Counted from the first letter of the stretch, positions 1 through 13,275 are shown. The stretch: 42,846 nucleotides of DNA from Pseudogymnoascus verrucosus (GCA_001662655.1 KV460269.1), one strand, 5' to 3'. Notes: generated by a model from the sequence alone, not told the origin. Made by a program: numbers and translations.

Positions 1-523
1 GTTTCAACCCGGAAGCGGGCCTCGACTTTCCTCGTACCTTTGTGCTGTAATCCCGAGCGAGTTCCCAGCCGAATAAAGAATAGGTTCAAATGTTCAATCG
101 ACGACGGTTTGATGTAGGGGGCCAGATTGTTGATTGATTTTCGATGTCTTTCGTGATGGCGGACGCTCCCGGACCCTGGTGCGGGGTTTGAATGGGCGGG
201 GCTGACGTGCCAACTGTGGGTTTTGCGAGTTACAGTATTATCGGTAGCGCAGAGCGAGTGAAACTCTTGTCGCGAACAGTTCGAGTTTGACGGTGAGGAT
301 AGAAGAGGATGAAGAGGATCAAGGGATGATGACGAGAAGTCAAGATTTTACTTGTCAGTCTTTTTTTTTGGAGGAGAGAGAAGCACGACGACAAACGGCA
401 GAGCGGCCGTACTAGCGAAGACGAGCGAGGGGGATGGGGGGGGTGGGATATATGGGGGCTGAGACGAGGATGCCGAAGATGGGATGAATGATGGTTTCGA
501 AGAGGTCGATGATCCCCGTCGGC

Positions 524-570
524 CTGGTCTAAGTGGTCTAACTGGTCTAACAGGTCCAAGTTGGTCTAAC
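524..570. repeat. Degenerate ~9-bp tandem repeat (unit ~CTGGTCTAA, about 5 copies)
   Basis: Directly visible: ctggtctaa gtggtctaa ctggtctaa caggtccaa gttggtctaac. Confidence 0.8.
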
Positions 571-844
571 TTGCTAACTGGTTGGGGAGGTGGTTGGGTG
601 TGATTTTTGGTAGTTGATGCAGGTGCAGGCAGAGCATTGACGGCGTACTGGTGGTGGTGTAGTACTGGATGCTGTACGGGGATGCTTGTCCCCTGTTGCT
701 CTGCCCCTAGACTGGCTGGACAATTGTGGACAATATGTGATACTCAGATACTCTGATACTTGGAATAGACAAGCTGCGACCTAAAACAGATAAATAGGGC
801 TGCTTCGAGAAGTTCGGCGCATACAAGGAGTTGGTCTGAGTAGC

Positions 845-876
<32 letters not shown>
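845..876. repeat. (TAGT)n tetranucleotide microsatellite, about 8 copies
   Basis: Directly visible tagttagttagt... run. Confidence 0.95.
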
Positions 877-2080
877 GCTCGGAGTATATTGATCAAAGCG
901 GTATAGAGAAAGAGAACAGACTTCTAGCCAGATCTATATATAAATATACGGTTTCAAGGTATAAAGCTATAAAAGTATATAAAGGTACAAATACAAAATA
1001 GAAATAGCTCATAAGGCACAGAGCGAGCACCAAAAGAACCAACAAGCTTCACTTCGGCAGATGGTGATAGTGGTAATAGAGAGATAAACGAAAGGGGTCG
1101 CAGAGATGGTCGCAGTAGTCCAACGGTACCTTAAAGTACATACAATAGACCACATTAGACAAGGTACCAGAAGACGGATAGGATGAGACGGACGGCGGGA
1201 CGATGGGACGATGGGACGAAAAGACCCTTTGAAGCCAAGCTGGTGACCAACCCACTATCTACCAGTCCCCTACAAGTACAAAAAAGTCCTAACAAGCCCA
1301 CAACGCCCACAACGCCCACCATCCCACTAACAGCAACCTGCATCCCCCCAAAACCACATACAACGAACCTTGACAGGCCAACAAACCCCGTCATCCACCA
1401 GTGATTCCCACTCCCTCAATCACCCCCAATCCCACACGCTGATAGGTCCCCTAGCCGCCCGGCGCCGTTGCCATCACAGACCACCGAAAAACCGTAGGCT
1501 AGCTAGATGGTGGGGCATCGCCAACGGGGGGGGACACGGGCGGCCAACCACGCGGGTGTTTCAGTGAGGGCCTTGCGCGGTTTCAGTCATGTCGCGACCA
1601 CGACATCGTGAGACTGCGGGTGCCGCTGAGGAGAGTGGGAAGTGGGAAAGAGTGAGGAGTGCAGGGAGCGAGATGGGGTCGATTAGACATAGCACGGGGG
1701 TGTTAGACAGAGCACGGGGTTGTTGGATGGGGCCAAGGAGGGCACCGCGGCGGCACAGAGCGCACACACAGCCTAGATGGGGGGAGGGGGGGGTTGGCTG
1801 GTTTCGTGCGGCACCATCCATACGGAGTACAAAACGCCTCCACGATACGGATCCAGAGTGTCGGGTATGATATCTATGAACAGTTCGACTCCGTCGTACA
1901 TACAGTAAAGTAAGGTAAGCAACATTCCCTCCCCTCCCCCGTGCCAATGCGCCTCCAACCTCCCAACCATCCCATACCCCCCAATCCTACCCAGCCACCC
2001 CCCCAACACACCACCCAATCCAATCCGCTCCAACCCCGCCATGCACCACGAACGCACCCATCACGAACGAAACTCCATCC

Positions 2081-4157
2081 CTAATCGTCCCACACCTTGA
2101 CGTTATCCGAGTACTCCAAGATCTTGCTCGTCACCTCGTCCTCGATGTCATCGCCCCTCCCCGCCGCAATGCGCAGGATCAACTCATTCAGGCTCGCGCG
2201 CCCCAGGATGTCAACGTGATCGCCTGTGTTGGGGCCACCGCGCGGACTAAACCGGTCCGGCTCGTGCGCCATCTCGCGGACTACGATCTTCGTCCCCGCG
2301 GGATTGTACCGCTTCATCTTCCACCCCTTGTTGCACATGTAGCCCATTGATAGGAGGTTCACCGTCCCGTCGCCCTCGGAGAGCACGATCCCATGGTCGA
2401 TGTTGCCCTCGTTGATCGCCGTGTCTATCGTAACATTAAGGCCCGGGTGCGCCGAAGTGTCATGGTAGAAGTACGACCGCTCGGTCGGTTTGCCCGTGCC
2501 TGTTTGCGCGCCAGTCGTTAGTTCAATGCATCAAATCAACGCCGCCGTGCCGCGCCGCGCCGCGCCAGCCACCAACATCCAACACGCCGGAGCTAGAGTA
2601 GGAGGGTGTGTCTTACCGTAGAAGCAGAAGATCTTCAGGTTCGGAGCGAGCGGTAGCCGCGTCTCGAGCGGGTTCACCCACTTCCGCGGGTCCTTCTCGT
2701 TCGCGTCCACCTCTGCCTTTGAGTGCGCCACCCCGTGCGAGTAGCTCCCCTTAACTGCATCCTGGTACCACGGCTCCGTCGTGTTCATTAAAAACTCCAG
2801 GCTCTCCGTAACTGTGAGGTTGCGCGCGGGATGCGTGATGTTGTTATCCTTGAAATTCAGGAATGGTCCGAAGCTTACCTCCTGCCCGGGTTGGTCGTCT
2901 GGTGCCCATGTCGAGTTGCCCCAGACGGCTTCTCCGCCCATGGGCAGCATGGATGAGATTCCCGGCATGGCGCGGAAGATCTCGACGCGCTCTTCGCGGC
3001 TGAGGAAGCGCTCGAGTCCGTATACGGCGAAGGCGTTTAGTTGGGCTGTGTCCTTCATCTCGCCGGAGAGTACCGCGGGGAGCCCCTTTAGAGCACCCAG
3101 CATACACCCACTCACGTTGATCCAGGAGTCGATGTGGTCATCTACCCAGCTATCCCCACCGTTTCCGCCAAGTGGTGAGGCCACCCAGTGGAAAAAGTAG
3201 AACATAACCTGTCCGCCCATGCTGTGACTGACGAGCGCAATCTTTTTATTTTGGACACGGTGAGCCATCTCGATGTGTAGCTTTAGACGCGTGAAGTATT
3301 GATCGCGAGCCTCGAGGTTGGAATAAGAGAGGCGCCAGTCGTAGGATGCGGTGTAGCTGTTCGTCGGGTCGTAGCCGATCGACGCCAGATTTTCGAGGAT
3401 CTTGCTCCAGATCCAGTAGCCCGTGATGAAGAAATCAGTTGCATCGAAACCTTGGGCTGCGCGGACTTTGATGCCAGGGGGATCAAGACCAGTGTATTTG
3501 TCCAGCATGATATGTCTCTTCCACTCCTCCTTGTCCACTACCAGCGCGCGCATCATAGTCCAACTGCCCCATAGGCGCTTTCGAAAGTATGGTCGTGATA
3601 CATTTGATGTTCCCCAAGACTCGAGGCCCGACGATATAACACCTGGTATCATAACAACAGGATGGGTCGCTTCGAGGCCTTCTGCGGCCAGTTTCAGACC
3701 TACAGAGAAAGCATCGTAGTTCAGAGCCTCACGCTCTCCGCCCTATAGCTTGTCAGTAAGACAGTCGCGTAGAATACCTCAAGCTACTCACCTTCAATTC
3801 CCTTGCTTCCTGTAGAAATCCCGCCGGAAGCACCTCCATCAAGCCAGTAATATTCAGATCCGAAATCAGATCCGCGAACTCCGGCAGCTCGAAGAGGTCA
3901 TTCTTCTGCGCAAAGAAGCCCGCCACCAAAATTCCAAAAATTCCACCCAGGAAGAAGACGAATCCACCCCTCCTCTTCCTGCCCTTCGGCTTGCTGTGTT
4001 TGGTGAGATGCTTAATCGCAGATTTTGGCACCAGCGTCAACTCCTCCGAGATCTCGCTGCTTTCCGCTGATAGCGAGATCTTCGCGCCTTCCGGCGCTGC
4101 AGAGGGCCCTGACCGAGCGCCATCTTTCGCCGCCCGCTTTCGGACCGAAGACGCCAT
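2081..4157 (-). CDS. LRO1: Phospholipid:diacylglycerol acyltransferase (PDAT, LCAT family)
   Basis: Exons 4157-3792, 3742-2617, 2499-2081 join in frame via GT-AG introns. N-terminal basic stretch plus TM helix; LCAT motifs PGVISSGLESW, YDWRL, SHSMG nucleophile elbow, GDGTV, HVDILG. Confidence 0.95.
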
Positions 4158-4404
4158 GTTTGCACAACTGAGCGGCTTCTTTTCACCGATCGAGAACGAG
4201 CGTAAGCAACTGGCGCAGCCGTTGCTAGTGAGGGCACATGTTCCTAGAAACATCAACATTCGGACTCACCGCCTTACTGCTACGTCATATGCCGAATATT
4301 CTGCCGGGGTCCCTTTGACTTGGCGTTTTGGGCCCAGGCACAATCATGTGATTTCTGATTCTTCAAACGACATTGGTGGAGGCAACTTCACCTTCTTCAA
4401 GCAA

Positions 4405-4981
4405 ATGGCAATGGGAGAAAGGATAGCAGAGCTTCCTCCGGACTTGCAATATATCCAGTATGAGCACAGTCTAGAGAAACAGTACCTGCCGGCCATTCGG
4501 AGCTTGATATCCAAGGATCTCAGCGAACCGTATAGCATCTATGTCTACCGTTACTTCCTCTATCACTGGGGCGACCTGTGCTTCATGGTGGGTAGACTCT
4601 CTCGTCACAAAATAAACTTTCTGACAACTCCGCCAGGCAATTGATCCCAAGACCTCCGCGCTCATAGGCGTCGTCGTCAACAAACTTGAGATCCACCAAT
4701 CCCACTCCCCACCCACCCTCCGCGGCTACATCGCCATGCTCGCCGTATCCTCGTCATATCGTGGCCACGGGATCGCCACAACGCTCGTTCAGAAAGCCAT
4801 CGATGCAATGATTGCACGTGATGCGGATGAGGTTATCCTTGAGACGGAGGTCTCGAACACGGCGGCCATGAAGTTGTATGAGCGCCTCGGGTTCCTACGG
4901 AGCAAGAAGCTGCATAGGTACTATTTGAGCGGGAGCACGGCGTATAGACTGGTGTTGCAGTTGAAGTCACAGTTGGGTTGA
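4405..4981 (+). CDS. MAK3: N-terminal acetyltransferase C catalytic subunit (NAA30/Mak3, GNAT)
   Basis: Intron 4588-4636; motifs DLSEPYSIYVYRYFL, RGYIAMLAV, RGHGIA, LETEVSN, LYERLGF. Start ATG 4405 or 4411. Confidence 0.95.
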
Positions 4982-5296
4982 GGTTTGGTGGCGTCGAGAT
5001 GGGGGTTTAACGAAATGCGTTATGACACAAGCGAAGACTATCACGGTTTTTCGGATTTGATCAATGAATATACCACATTCAACTGTCTCCTCTTGTGTGT
5101 TATATCTTATACAGATGTTTTTGGGGGGCTCTCAAGTTTCTAACGGGCAATCAAAGTCCCAATCTCGAAGAGTGGCCGAAGGGTGGTTCAACTGAATGAT
5201 ACGCAGATTGGCATTTGTATGATGGTAGTGGCACCACAGACACTACAAAGGCAAAACAGGAAGACAGTCAAATTAAGAATACTCGAATATCTCTGT

Positions 5297-6297
5297 TTAA
5301 AAACCTCTGCTGTATTTGAGCTCATCCTCGCCATCTACGTGGGGTATAGCTCTTCCCATTCTGAGCAATTGTATGTGTTGCCCAGTTGTTTCCCTACAAC
5401 ATACCTTGCGAGCTGTATAGCGACGGCCGAATGTCCCATCTGTTGCCAGAGAATATTTCGAGGTATGTGTAGGCGTCTATTTCGTTTCAATCAGATGTAT
5501 TCATCGCAACGAGACAGTCGATATGGCTTACCGCACTTGTAGTATATCGGCGTTTCGTTTCGTCGAACGAGCCCAAGATCTCTCAGTGTGTGCAAGACTC
5601 GTATGACATCCTCTACATTAGAGAAATCATAGGTGTAAATGCAGATAAGTTTGCGCCCAGTTTCCAGATGGCCGAGTTTCGGCGACACCTTCGCACCAAG
5701 GCCCAGATGACCTGTGGCTACAGCATGGGCAACAACCGACCAAATGTGGTTCACTCGGTCTAGAGGCGGGAATAGCATCCACTATTGGTTGTTAGCGAAA
5801 TTCTGTACCAAACTCTGCTTTGTGTCCTGAGTATTTTTGGAGTGTGAGGCATGGATGAGGCTCCTGACCTTCCCATTAGTCATTTCCTTTGTGATGGCCA
5901 TATGATGTATAGCCGCAACGGCTATGTCTCTCTCAAAGCACATCTGTCTGGTGACTATCGCCGCTGATAGCTGAGCAATATTTTGCTCCAAGGCAAACTT
6001 TGTCATCTCAAGATGATGTAGTATGCCTCTTCCGTGCATACGCAGCATTGGTATTTTGGAGACATGCTCCATCCATTCATCCCGTGGAATTCCGTCAGGG
6101 TCAAATTGAGGGGGAGGCACATGGGGGTTGCTGATCCAAATCCATTGCAATTCTCGAGAACCTTCGGTTGTTGCTGGTGGAAGGCGTTGCAGAAATTGAT
6201 CTACAGTCTCCCAGTATTGACGCGCAAACTGCTTTCCATTGAATTGATGGGGGTGTGCCGCCGCCGGAGAAATCTGCCCGCAGTAGTCAGCCGCCAT
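5297..6297 (-). CDS. DUF1917 family protein (C11orf68-like, eIF4E-like fold)
   Basis: Three GT-AG introns give GKWMLF...AKVSP...LICIYTYDF...IYYKCDAYTYLEI...SLYSS, which I recognise as DUF1917. N-terminal ETVDQFLQRLPP and WIWISNP are typical of fungal members. The 5' end is uncertain. Confidence 0.8.
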
Positions 6298-6489
6298 ACT
6301 ACTCGGCGTCCAATTCTCTCCTAGATGGAATACGGATCCTTTGCCCAGCTATTGCTGCTCCGTTAACAGAAACTAAAGCGTTTAAGTTGTAATGTCAGGG
6401 CTTGTATTGAGGATTAAGTAGCTGCGTCCCGGTTATAGCTATAAGAAGTAGGTGCGAAGCACGTCGGTCGAGCCGTCGCGCTTGCTTGT

Positions 6490-6725
6490 TATATGATAAT
6501 GAGTGTGAACTAAATACTTGTTTTTTTATAATCAACAATCTTAATTGTGATAAATTCCTAGGATAATATAAAGTTGAACATTTAAATATAATAAAATGGA
6601 ACAACCTAACCTATATAATCATAGATAATCGCAACTTTTAAATAAGCGTTCCTTAGAAGCTTATGCACGCTCTATATATTCAATAGGTATACTATATTAA
6701 TTTAACAAAAAATGATAATAAACTG
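6490..6725. other. AT-rich island, possibly a RIP-degraded repeat relic
   Basis: Abrupt GC drop with many TpA dinucleotides inside a roughly 50% GC context; no terminal repeats recognised. Confidence 0.4.
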
Positions 6726-6929
6726 ATGTGCATGGGGGCAGCGATAAAGTTTCGTGGTCGAAAGAAGGTTTGAGACCAGGGACCCGGCGTAGATCGAGTC
6801 GAATTAATTGCCCCACGCCAGAATTTCAAAAACTCCCCCGCTTTTATTCTACATCCTATTCACACCCCAACCCACTCGCAAACCATACGTCAAACAACTT
6901 GGTAACTCTTTGTCAATTTGATATTCAAA

Positions 6930-8323
6930 ATGGACGAAGGCTCTTTGAAAAACCATGCCGTCGCTACCACTCTAGACCTCCCGCCGAGCTGCATAGAGTT
7001 TTCGCAGGCGTCACCTGAATATTTTGTGGTTGGCACGTATAACTTAGAAAAAGGAGAGACAGAGGAGGCGACACATGATCAAGAAAACGATGAGGATGAC
7101 AAGCCCAAGAATGAAGTAAAGGCACAAGAGAGAAATGGCAGCCTCATTCTTTATAAATTGGAAAACGACGAATTGTATGTTGATTTCTTGCCGCCCGAAA
7201 ATAATGGCATTTTCTTCCTCCTCCACACAGTCCCTATTCACATATCTCCTATAAAGCAGCGGTTTTATGGCCCAGATTATTACTATCAAATACTAAATCA
7301 TAATTTAGATCCTTAACTTATACCGTGACGCACCCCGCGGCAATTCTTGATCTTCACTTCTCGCCCTTCTTCCCTCAGATCATTGCCGTCGCATCCTCCA
7401 CCGGCTCAATAAGTTTATACAAACTTGAACAGACACCAAGACCCCACCTTGCCCTTCTTCAAACATTCCAACTATTTCCAGAATCTACTCTCGTTTTGTC
7501 TCTGGCATGGCATCCGTCGCATTCTCAGCTCCTGGGATGTACGTTGAATACATCTACAGTGGCGCTACTCTCTCTCTCGCCTGATTTCACCCAATGCACC
7601 GTACTCAGAGATGAGCTCAGTCCGCATGATGATCTAGAAGCTTGGACACTTGCTTTCTCGCCAGCCCGGCTAGATGGAAAGACAATGCCCCAAGCGCTAT
7701 ATTCGGGCGGCGACGACAGCAAGCTACGATGTCTCGCCTTTTCATCTCTGGCTTCCTTGAGCCATCCCCTCCCAGAGATCACAGCTGCATCTCCCGGTGG
7801 CAACCGTGGAATGCGAGGTCATGAAGCTGGAGTTACTGCAATCCTTCCTCTGCCTCTTGGGACCGAAGCCGGAAAGGATATATTACTGACGGGGAGCTAC
7901 GATGACACCGTCCGCGTGTTTGCTACTTACGACTATCGCAGTGGCCAAAATTCAAATTTTAAAGTGCTCGCAGAAAAGAAGCTAGGAGGTGGCGTCTGGA
8001 GGCTGAAGTTCATGGACAAGGAATCGGAAAAGGTTGCGGACGGGGAGCGGTGTTTCAGAGTGCTGGCATCGTGCATGCATGCGGGTGCAAGAATCCTCGA
8101 AATCCGAGGTTCGAAGGAGGGAGAATGGACTATTGAAGTGCTGGCCAGATTTGAAGAACATAAGAGTATGAACTACGGGAGCGATGTCCAGCCATTGAAG
8201 AGAAAGGATTGGAGAGGCAACAAGAACGACGGTGAAGGAGGAGGCTATGACGATGCCAAGGAAAGGATTATTGTGTCTACAAGCTTTTATGATCGCCTGC
8301 TTTGCGTATGGAAATATCCTTGA
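6930..8323 (+). CDS. DPH7: Methylated diphthine methylhydrolase (WD40; Dph7/Rrt2/WDR85)
   Basis: Intron 7175-7308 joins in frame; motifs LDLPPSCIEF, VVGTYNL, YSGGDD, LLTGSYDD, GGGVWRL, LASCMHAG, HKSMNYG, STSFYDRLLCVW. Confidence 0.92.
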
Positions 8324-9653
8324 GGGTACTTCTGGTATATACTTCAATGCGAAACATTGTTGATCATCACCCGTTTCATTGTTTGAATATGTGACATGTT
8401 TATTGTTTTGTCACATTGCATTGATTAATGAGCTGGGGACCTCGGTGTTTTATCCCACTTTCTCCTAACCTTGCAACAAGTTCCATGGGCACGGACCGTT
8501 CACAATGATGAGCAGTGTGGCGCACGCGTTTGCCATGTTGCCATACCATATATGACGAGAGTAAGAATTGTGATATATTATAGATATGGATTCTGCAATA
8601 ATGGGTTGGGTACAGAGTAAGATCGGATAGGCGCCGGTCGTACCCTACCCTTGATTCGAACCCTTGTTTTCCGTTCTCCCCGCAAACGCGGACCACGCAC
8701 TGTCTTACTGATCTAAAACCGTATCAGGTGGCAAAGTGGGGGGCGGGGCTGGCTGGACCTAGATATTCTCAGATCCCGATAATAATTAATGCCATTCAAT
8801 CACCGTATATTCCATATTATCGGATAAAGGGACAAACTCGGCCTGCTATTCCGTACAGCATGGTCCTATAATCTGCAAACATTGCCGTACAGCGTTAGAG
8901 CTGAGGCTGTCTTAAACGTGCCGAGGACACGGACTTTCCCCACTAGGATCGTCGCGGACATAGCGCACCCCGATCCAAACGGCCTTACCGACAAAACAAA
9001 GCGACATCTCCCGTCGATTTCCAATCACCACCCACAAATCCTATCGGTCACGATCCGGATAGACCTGGCTCTTTCTCCCATTCTGTCCCCAACACGCTCT
9101 CTATCTTTGAGGAGACGCCGCCGCATGTATATATGAGAATCAGTCTTCAAGGCGACTATCACAAGCCAAACGAAGCCCAACTAAGTGGTAAGTATAATCC
9201 GGCACTTGACATCACAAGTGGGCCATATCTGCTCCACCTTCATGACTTCCTTCCTTTTGGGAGCCCCATGTGTGGATCTTGGTGTGTTTGGTAAACTCCA
9301 TACAGTCCGGAGGCTGATGATAGAAAAAGATCCCCAAGGCACACTTCACCGTGCAACTACTCTCGCTAACCCGCCCCCCGCCACTCTCACGCCCTGCATT
9401 GAAGACATTGGCTTCACGTCAAGCAGACAAATAGTGCAAGGCAATTGCCCTAACAGCTCTTAGCGAGTCAGGTTCTCCGCTTCCTTCTGCAGGTTGGGAA
9501 GCTGCATGCATGGCCCACGTGGCACATGCGAAGTAAAGAAGGCAGTCCGAGAAGGCATCTCGCCCGGACCGCGAGTACCTGCAGGATTCCTGTTCGACGT
9601 TGATGGGCTGAGGCACCCAGGAATCTTTCATTCTCGTCAAAGCCGCCTTCAAA

Positions 9654-12026
9654 ATGGTGTACTGTGGCAAGCCATCCAGGGGATGTCAGATGTGCCGGAC
9701 AAGACGAATAAAAGTATGCAGGACTCTCTGTCACCGCCTCATTTGCTTTAGCATCTAGCATATGATATATGTCTCCCAAGAGAAAGACTGATGAAACTTA
9801 CTGACTATTTTTGTCTGACAGTGCGACGAAACAAAACCCACGTGCACACAATGCCGCAAGTCCAGGCGAGAGTGCCCTGGCTACAAAGATGACTTTGATC
9901 TCGTCTTTCGCAATGAAACGCAGGCCACTGAGAAAAGGGCGAAGAAGCCAACTGCCAAAGCAAGGAAAGCTGCATCTCAAGCAGCAGCTCCATCGAACCG
10001 ACCGTGGAACTCTAATGCGGCACCCCCTGGCGCAAACCACCCCGACTCTTCATTGGTACCCAGCTCGAGACCAGCACAAGTGCCTGCTACCATCTCTATT
10101 CCAGTAGAGCAAGTTGCATCACATTACTTCTTTACCAATTTTGTCGCTACGTCAGACAATGGCGCTTCGATAGGACTCACGGATTATATTATACCGCTTG
10201 CCAATGCGAGTCCATCGAACAAGCATTTATCACTCGCCTTCAGTGCAGCGTCATTGGCCGCGTTTGGCAACCGTCCAAGTGGGAAATCACTGTTAACGAA
10301 GGCACAAGAGCAGTATAGCAAAGCTATACGACATGTAAACGATGCACTACGGGACCCAGTGGCGCAAAAGACGGATGAAACCCTCGCATCTGTGATGTTG
10401 TTGGGGATGTACGAGGTAAGCAGCTCATTATCGTTGACCAACAGCTTGTGTCTGACCTGCTTCAGACTATTCTATCTCGACCTGTAGCTATGGCAGCCTG
10501 GGGCTCACACATAGACGGCGCGGTGATGCTAGTCAAGCTCCGAGGGAAGAAGCAACTTCGGACGAGGGTTGGGAGCGCACTCTTTATTGCCGTTAGGAAC
10601 CTTATGGTACGATTGCCGATTTTCCCCTTGTAATTGCATTCTAACACCTTTAGTCCATTAATTGCCTGTCGACAGGCAAAAGGCCGGACTGGGGCATCGA
10701 CCCGTGGAAATATGACGGTAAAGATGGCGACGTAAGAGAGGTTGTAAACCAGCTAGCCCTTCAAATGGCAGAGTTGCGATATGAAATTAACGGGCTCATG
10801 ACTATCGCAGAACGTACACCTGAAAATGTTAGCAAGGTCCAAGATGCAATGAGGCGCTCCTGGGAGATGGAGCACAAGATCCAAGATTGGATAGCCAAAC
10901 TACCAAACGCCCTACGTTTTAAAACTGTAGCCTGGGTGAAGAGCATTTCTTCTGATGAAATTCTAGACAGCGAGGTGTACCCGGGAAGAATCGATACCTT
11001 CCCGGATGTTTGGATTGCAGGTGTGTGGACGCTTCTTCGTGTTACACGGCTGTTTATCTCAGGCGCTGTGGTACGTTGCGCTGCATGGCTGAACACTTCC
11101 GTGGATTATCGCACGACACCAGAATATGCAGCGGCTGCAAGGTTAGGAACAGATTCGGTCAACGACATAGTCGCAGGCGTTCCGTACCATTTGGGCTGGA
11201 AAGCGAACAAAGGGCCTTTGCAGCGCTTTGCTGTGGCAGGTGACAATTGTTTTGCCTTCGGTGACAACCAAAATACACCAAGGGCATTGGGATCATACCT
11301 TTCTACCTGGCCAATTTTCAGCGCATCTTGCAGCGACTTCGCAACAGATGCCCAAAGGACATGGTTGAAGGGTAGGTTACACTACATAACAGATGTCATG
11401 GGGATCAACCAAGCTGGCACATTAGCTCTCGTGAGTTTCACCCCCATCCATATTTATTCCAAATTATGTCAGATGAGTATGTGAATTGTGCTAATGGCCC
11501 ACAGTATCAATTACGCCTCCCATCTATGACAATTAAACGCGACTTGATGAGCAGAGCCGCGCTGTTGACAAATCAGCTTCCTAACCAGGCCTTCACCCCG
11601 CCATCTACTGCCTCTGTATCCCCTCCGCATTCAACCAGCACAGTTCCATCATCGACGAGCTACACCACACCTCAAGGCACCGCTTACCCTTCCTCGACGT
11701 CCTCCCCACCCACGAGCCTCCCGCCCAACTACCCCTCCGCCTATCCCATGCCTACAAGCGCGGCCCCAGGCCACTTAGTCAACGCACCTCAAATACCGCC
11801 CCAATTCGCATACCTCCTGCGCCAAGAATCCCCACCCGACGAGCATCTCCTCGCAGCCATGGAGAGCTCTAGCCAGAAACAGTGGGACCAATGGGAGCGA
11901 GAGCGCAGGAAGCGAGAGCTCGAACGAAAGAAAGAGGCCCTGGTTGATGAGGGGACTGGCGGGGATGAGATGTTAGCGGAGCTGCTTAAGAGATATTTCC
12001 AGGTGGGTATGATGGACAAGGACTGA
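9654..12026 (+). CDS. Zn(II)2Cys6 transcription factor with probable Fungal_trans_2 (DUF3468-type) C-terminal region
   Basis: MVYCGKPSRGCQMCRTRRIK|CDETKPTCTQCRKSRRECPGY gives a complete six-Cys cluster across intron 9714-9821. Further introns 10416-10465, 10607-10653, 11431-11504; LLGMYE and WGSHIDGA motifs. Confidence 0.9.
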
Positions 12027-12874
12027 ATTGGTTGACGGGTTTGGAGAAGATAGGATCGGAGTTGGGGTTGAGCGCTATAAGGCGTATGAGGGATGGGAGA
12101 ATTGGATTGCTATTCTTCGGCCGTTCGGGGGTGGGTAGAAAGGACGGGAGCTGGGCGACTTTACTGTATGATGTGTGTGCACGCGTGCGTGCACCCTCGC
12201 AGGTGGCTTGCCTATGTATTTTTTGCACAAAGTTGGGAACGTGTATCATAACGCCACGTTTACGTATTTATGTTGTTGGTATATATATTTTGCTTGAAGA
12301 ACAATTAAAGAGATACATATTTGATAATTCACTTGTCTAGTAAGGTCGCAAACGGAGACAAGTGGCTAAGTATGGCCATGAGAAAGAGAGGGACCTCAAG
12401 GGGTTGGCCGCTTGAACAGTAGTTTGAAAAGTATTTAGCATATTTGATTCGATCCTTAATGACAACAATGCGTATATCCCAGGCCAAGTTACAATAAAAC
12501 CAATATAACAGATTTCGTCCACTAATTCAGAATAAAAAGGTGAGACACAATAACTTTGCTGTATTTTCCTAATAAAACAAAACAGCGTAAACCCCACCGC
12601 TCGCTTGGCTTGCAGAGATCGACGTACAGATGCGAACCGAAGGGTATCTCTCATGTCTCATTCCGACTTCAAGATCTAACCAGCCACAAAATCGGCTCAA
12701 GAACGTAAACATAAGTGCAACAGGACCAAGCTGCTGTTGGACGCCGTGCCCATCCCATAGATGCACGAAATATATCCCACGCGGTGGACAATGCACAGTG
12801 CCGTCGAGGCAGCTGTGACGAACCGATCACGACCAGCCGGGAACACTAGAAGCATCGTTGCCATATCCAATGAC

Positions 12875-13275
12875 TTAATTCGTCTTTCCCTCGTCCTTCT
12901 CCTTGTTCCAGATCTTGGATTTGTAGCCGGGCCAGGTACTCAGGTTCCACGCTTTGACGAGGACGCTCTGCGTCTGGTCAACGTAATCGTCGTTTCTGAT
13001 CTCTTTCACGCCCACTTTCATGCCGTCCTTTGTGAAGACAACGTTCTTCTTTTCCATCTTCTTCGAGGCGGCATCGGAGATCTGCATGATCGAGAGGTAG
13101 ATGTGGTACCCGACAAATGCCAGGCCTCCCAGGACTCCAAAGAGGATAATGAGAGGGACGAGCTTGCTGGGGGCCAGTTAGAAGACGATCAAAGCATCGG
13201 ATATGGAGGAACTCACGCAATGGCTGACTTGGGAGGTGCAGGGGGTTTAGGAACTTTCGCGCTTCCCCAGGCCAT
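12875..13275 (-). CDS. Small single-pass membrane protein of unknown function (~117 aa)
   Basis: Intron 13216-13167 (GTGAGT...CTAAC...CAG) joins MAWGSAKVPKPP... to a TM helix (LVPLIILFGVLGGLAFVGYHIYL) and KKNVVFTKDGMKVGVK...YVDQTQSVLVKAWN, which resembles a conserved Pezizomycotina hypothetical family. Confidence 0.8.

Noticed and set aside
230..2057. Multiple short ORFs at the left end
   Set aside because: Low-complexity translations of repeats and G/C tracts; no motifs or coherent splice structure
3991..4404. Long N-terminal extension of the MAK3 ORF overlapping LRO1 antisense
   Set aside because: Starts at a non-ATG codon and is largely the antisense shadow of LRO1 exon 1; Mak3 similarity begins after ATG 4405/4411
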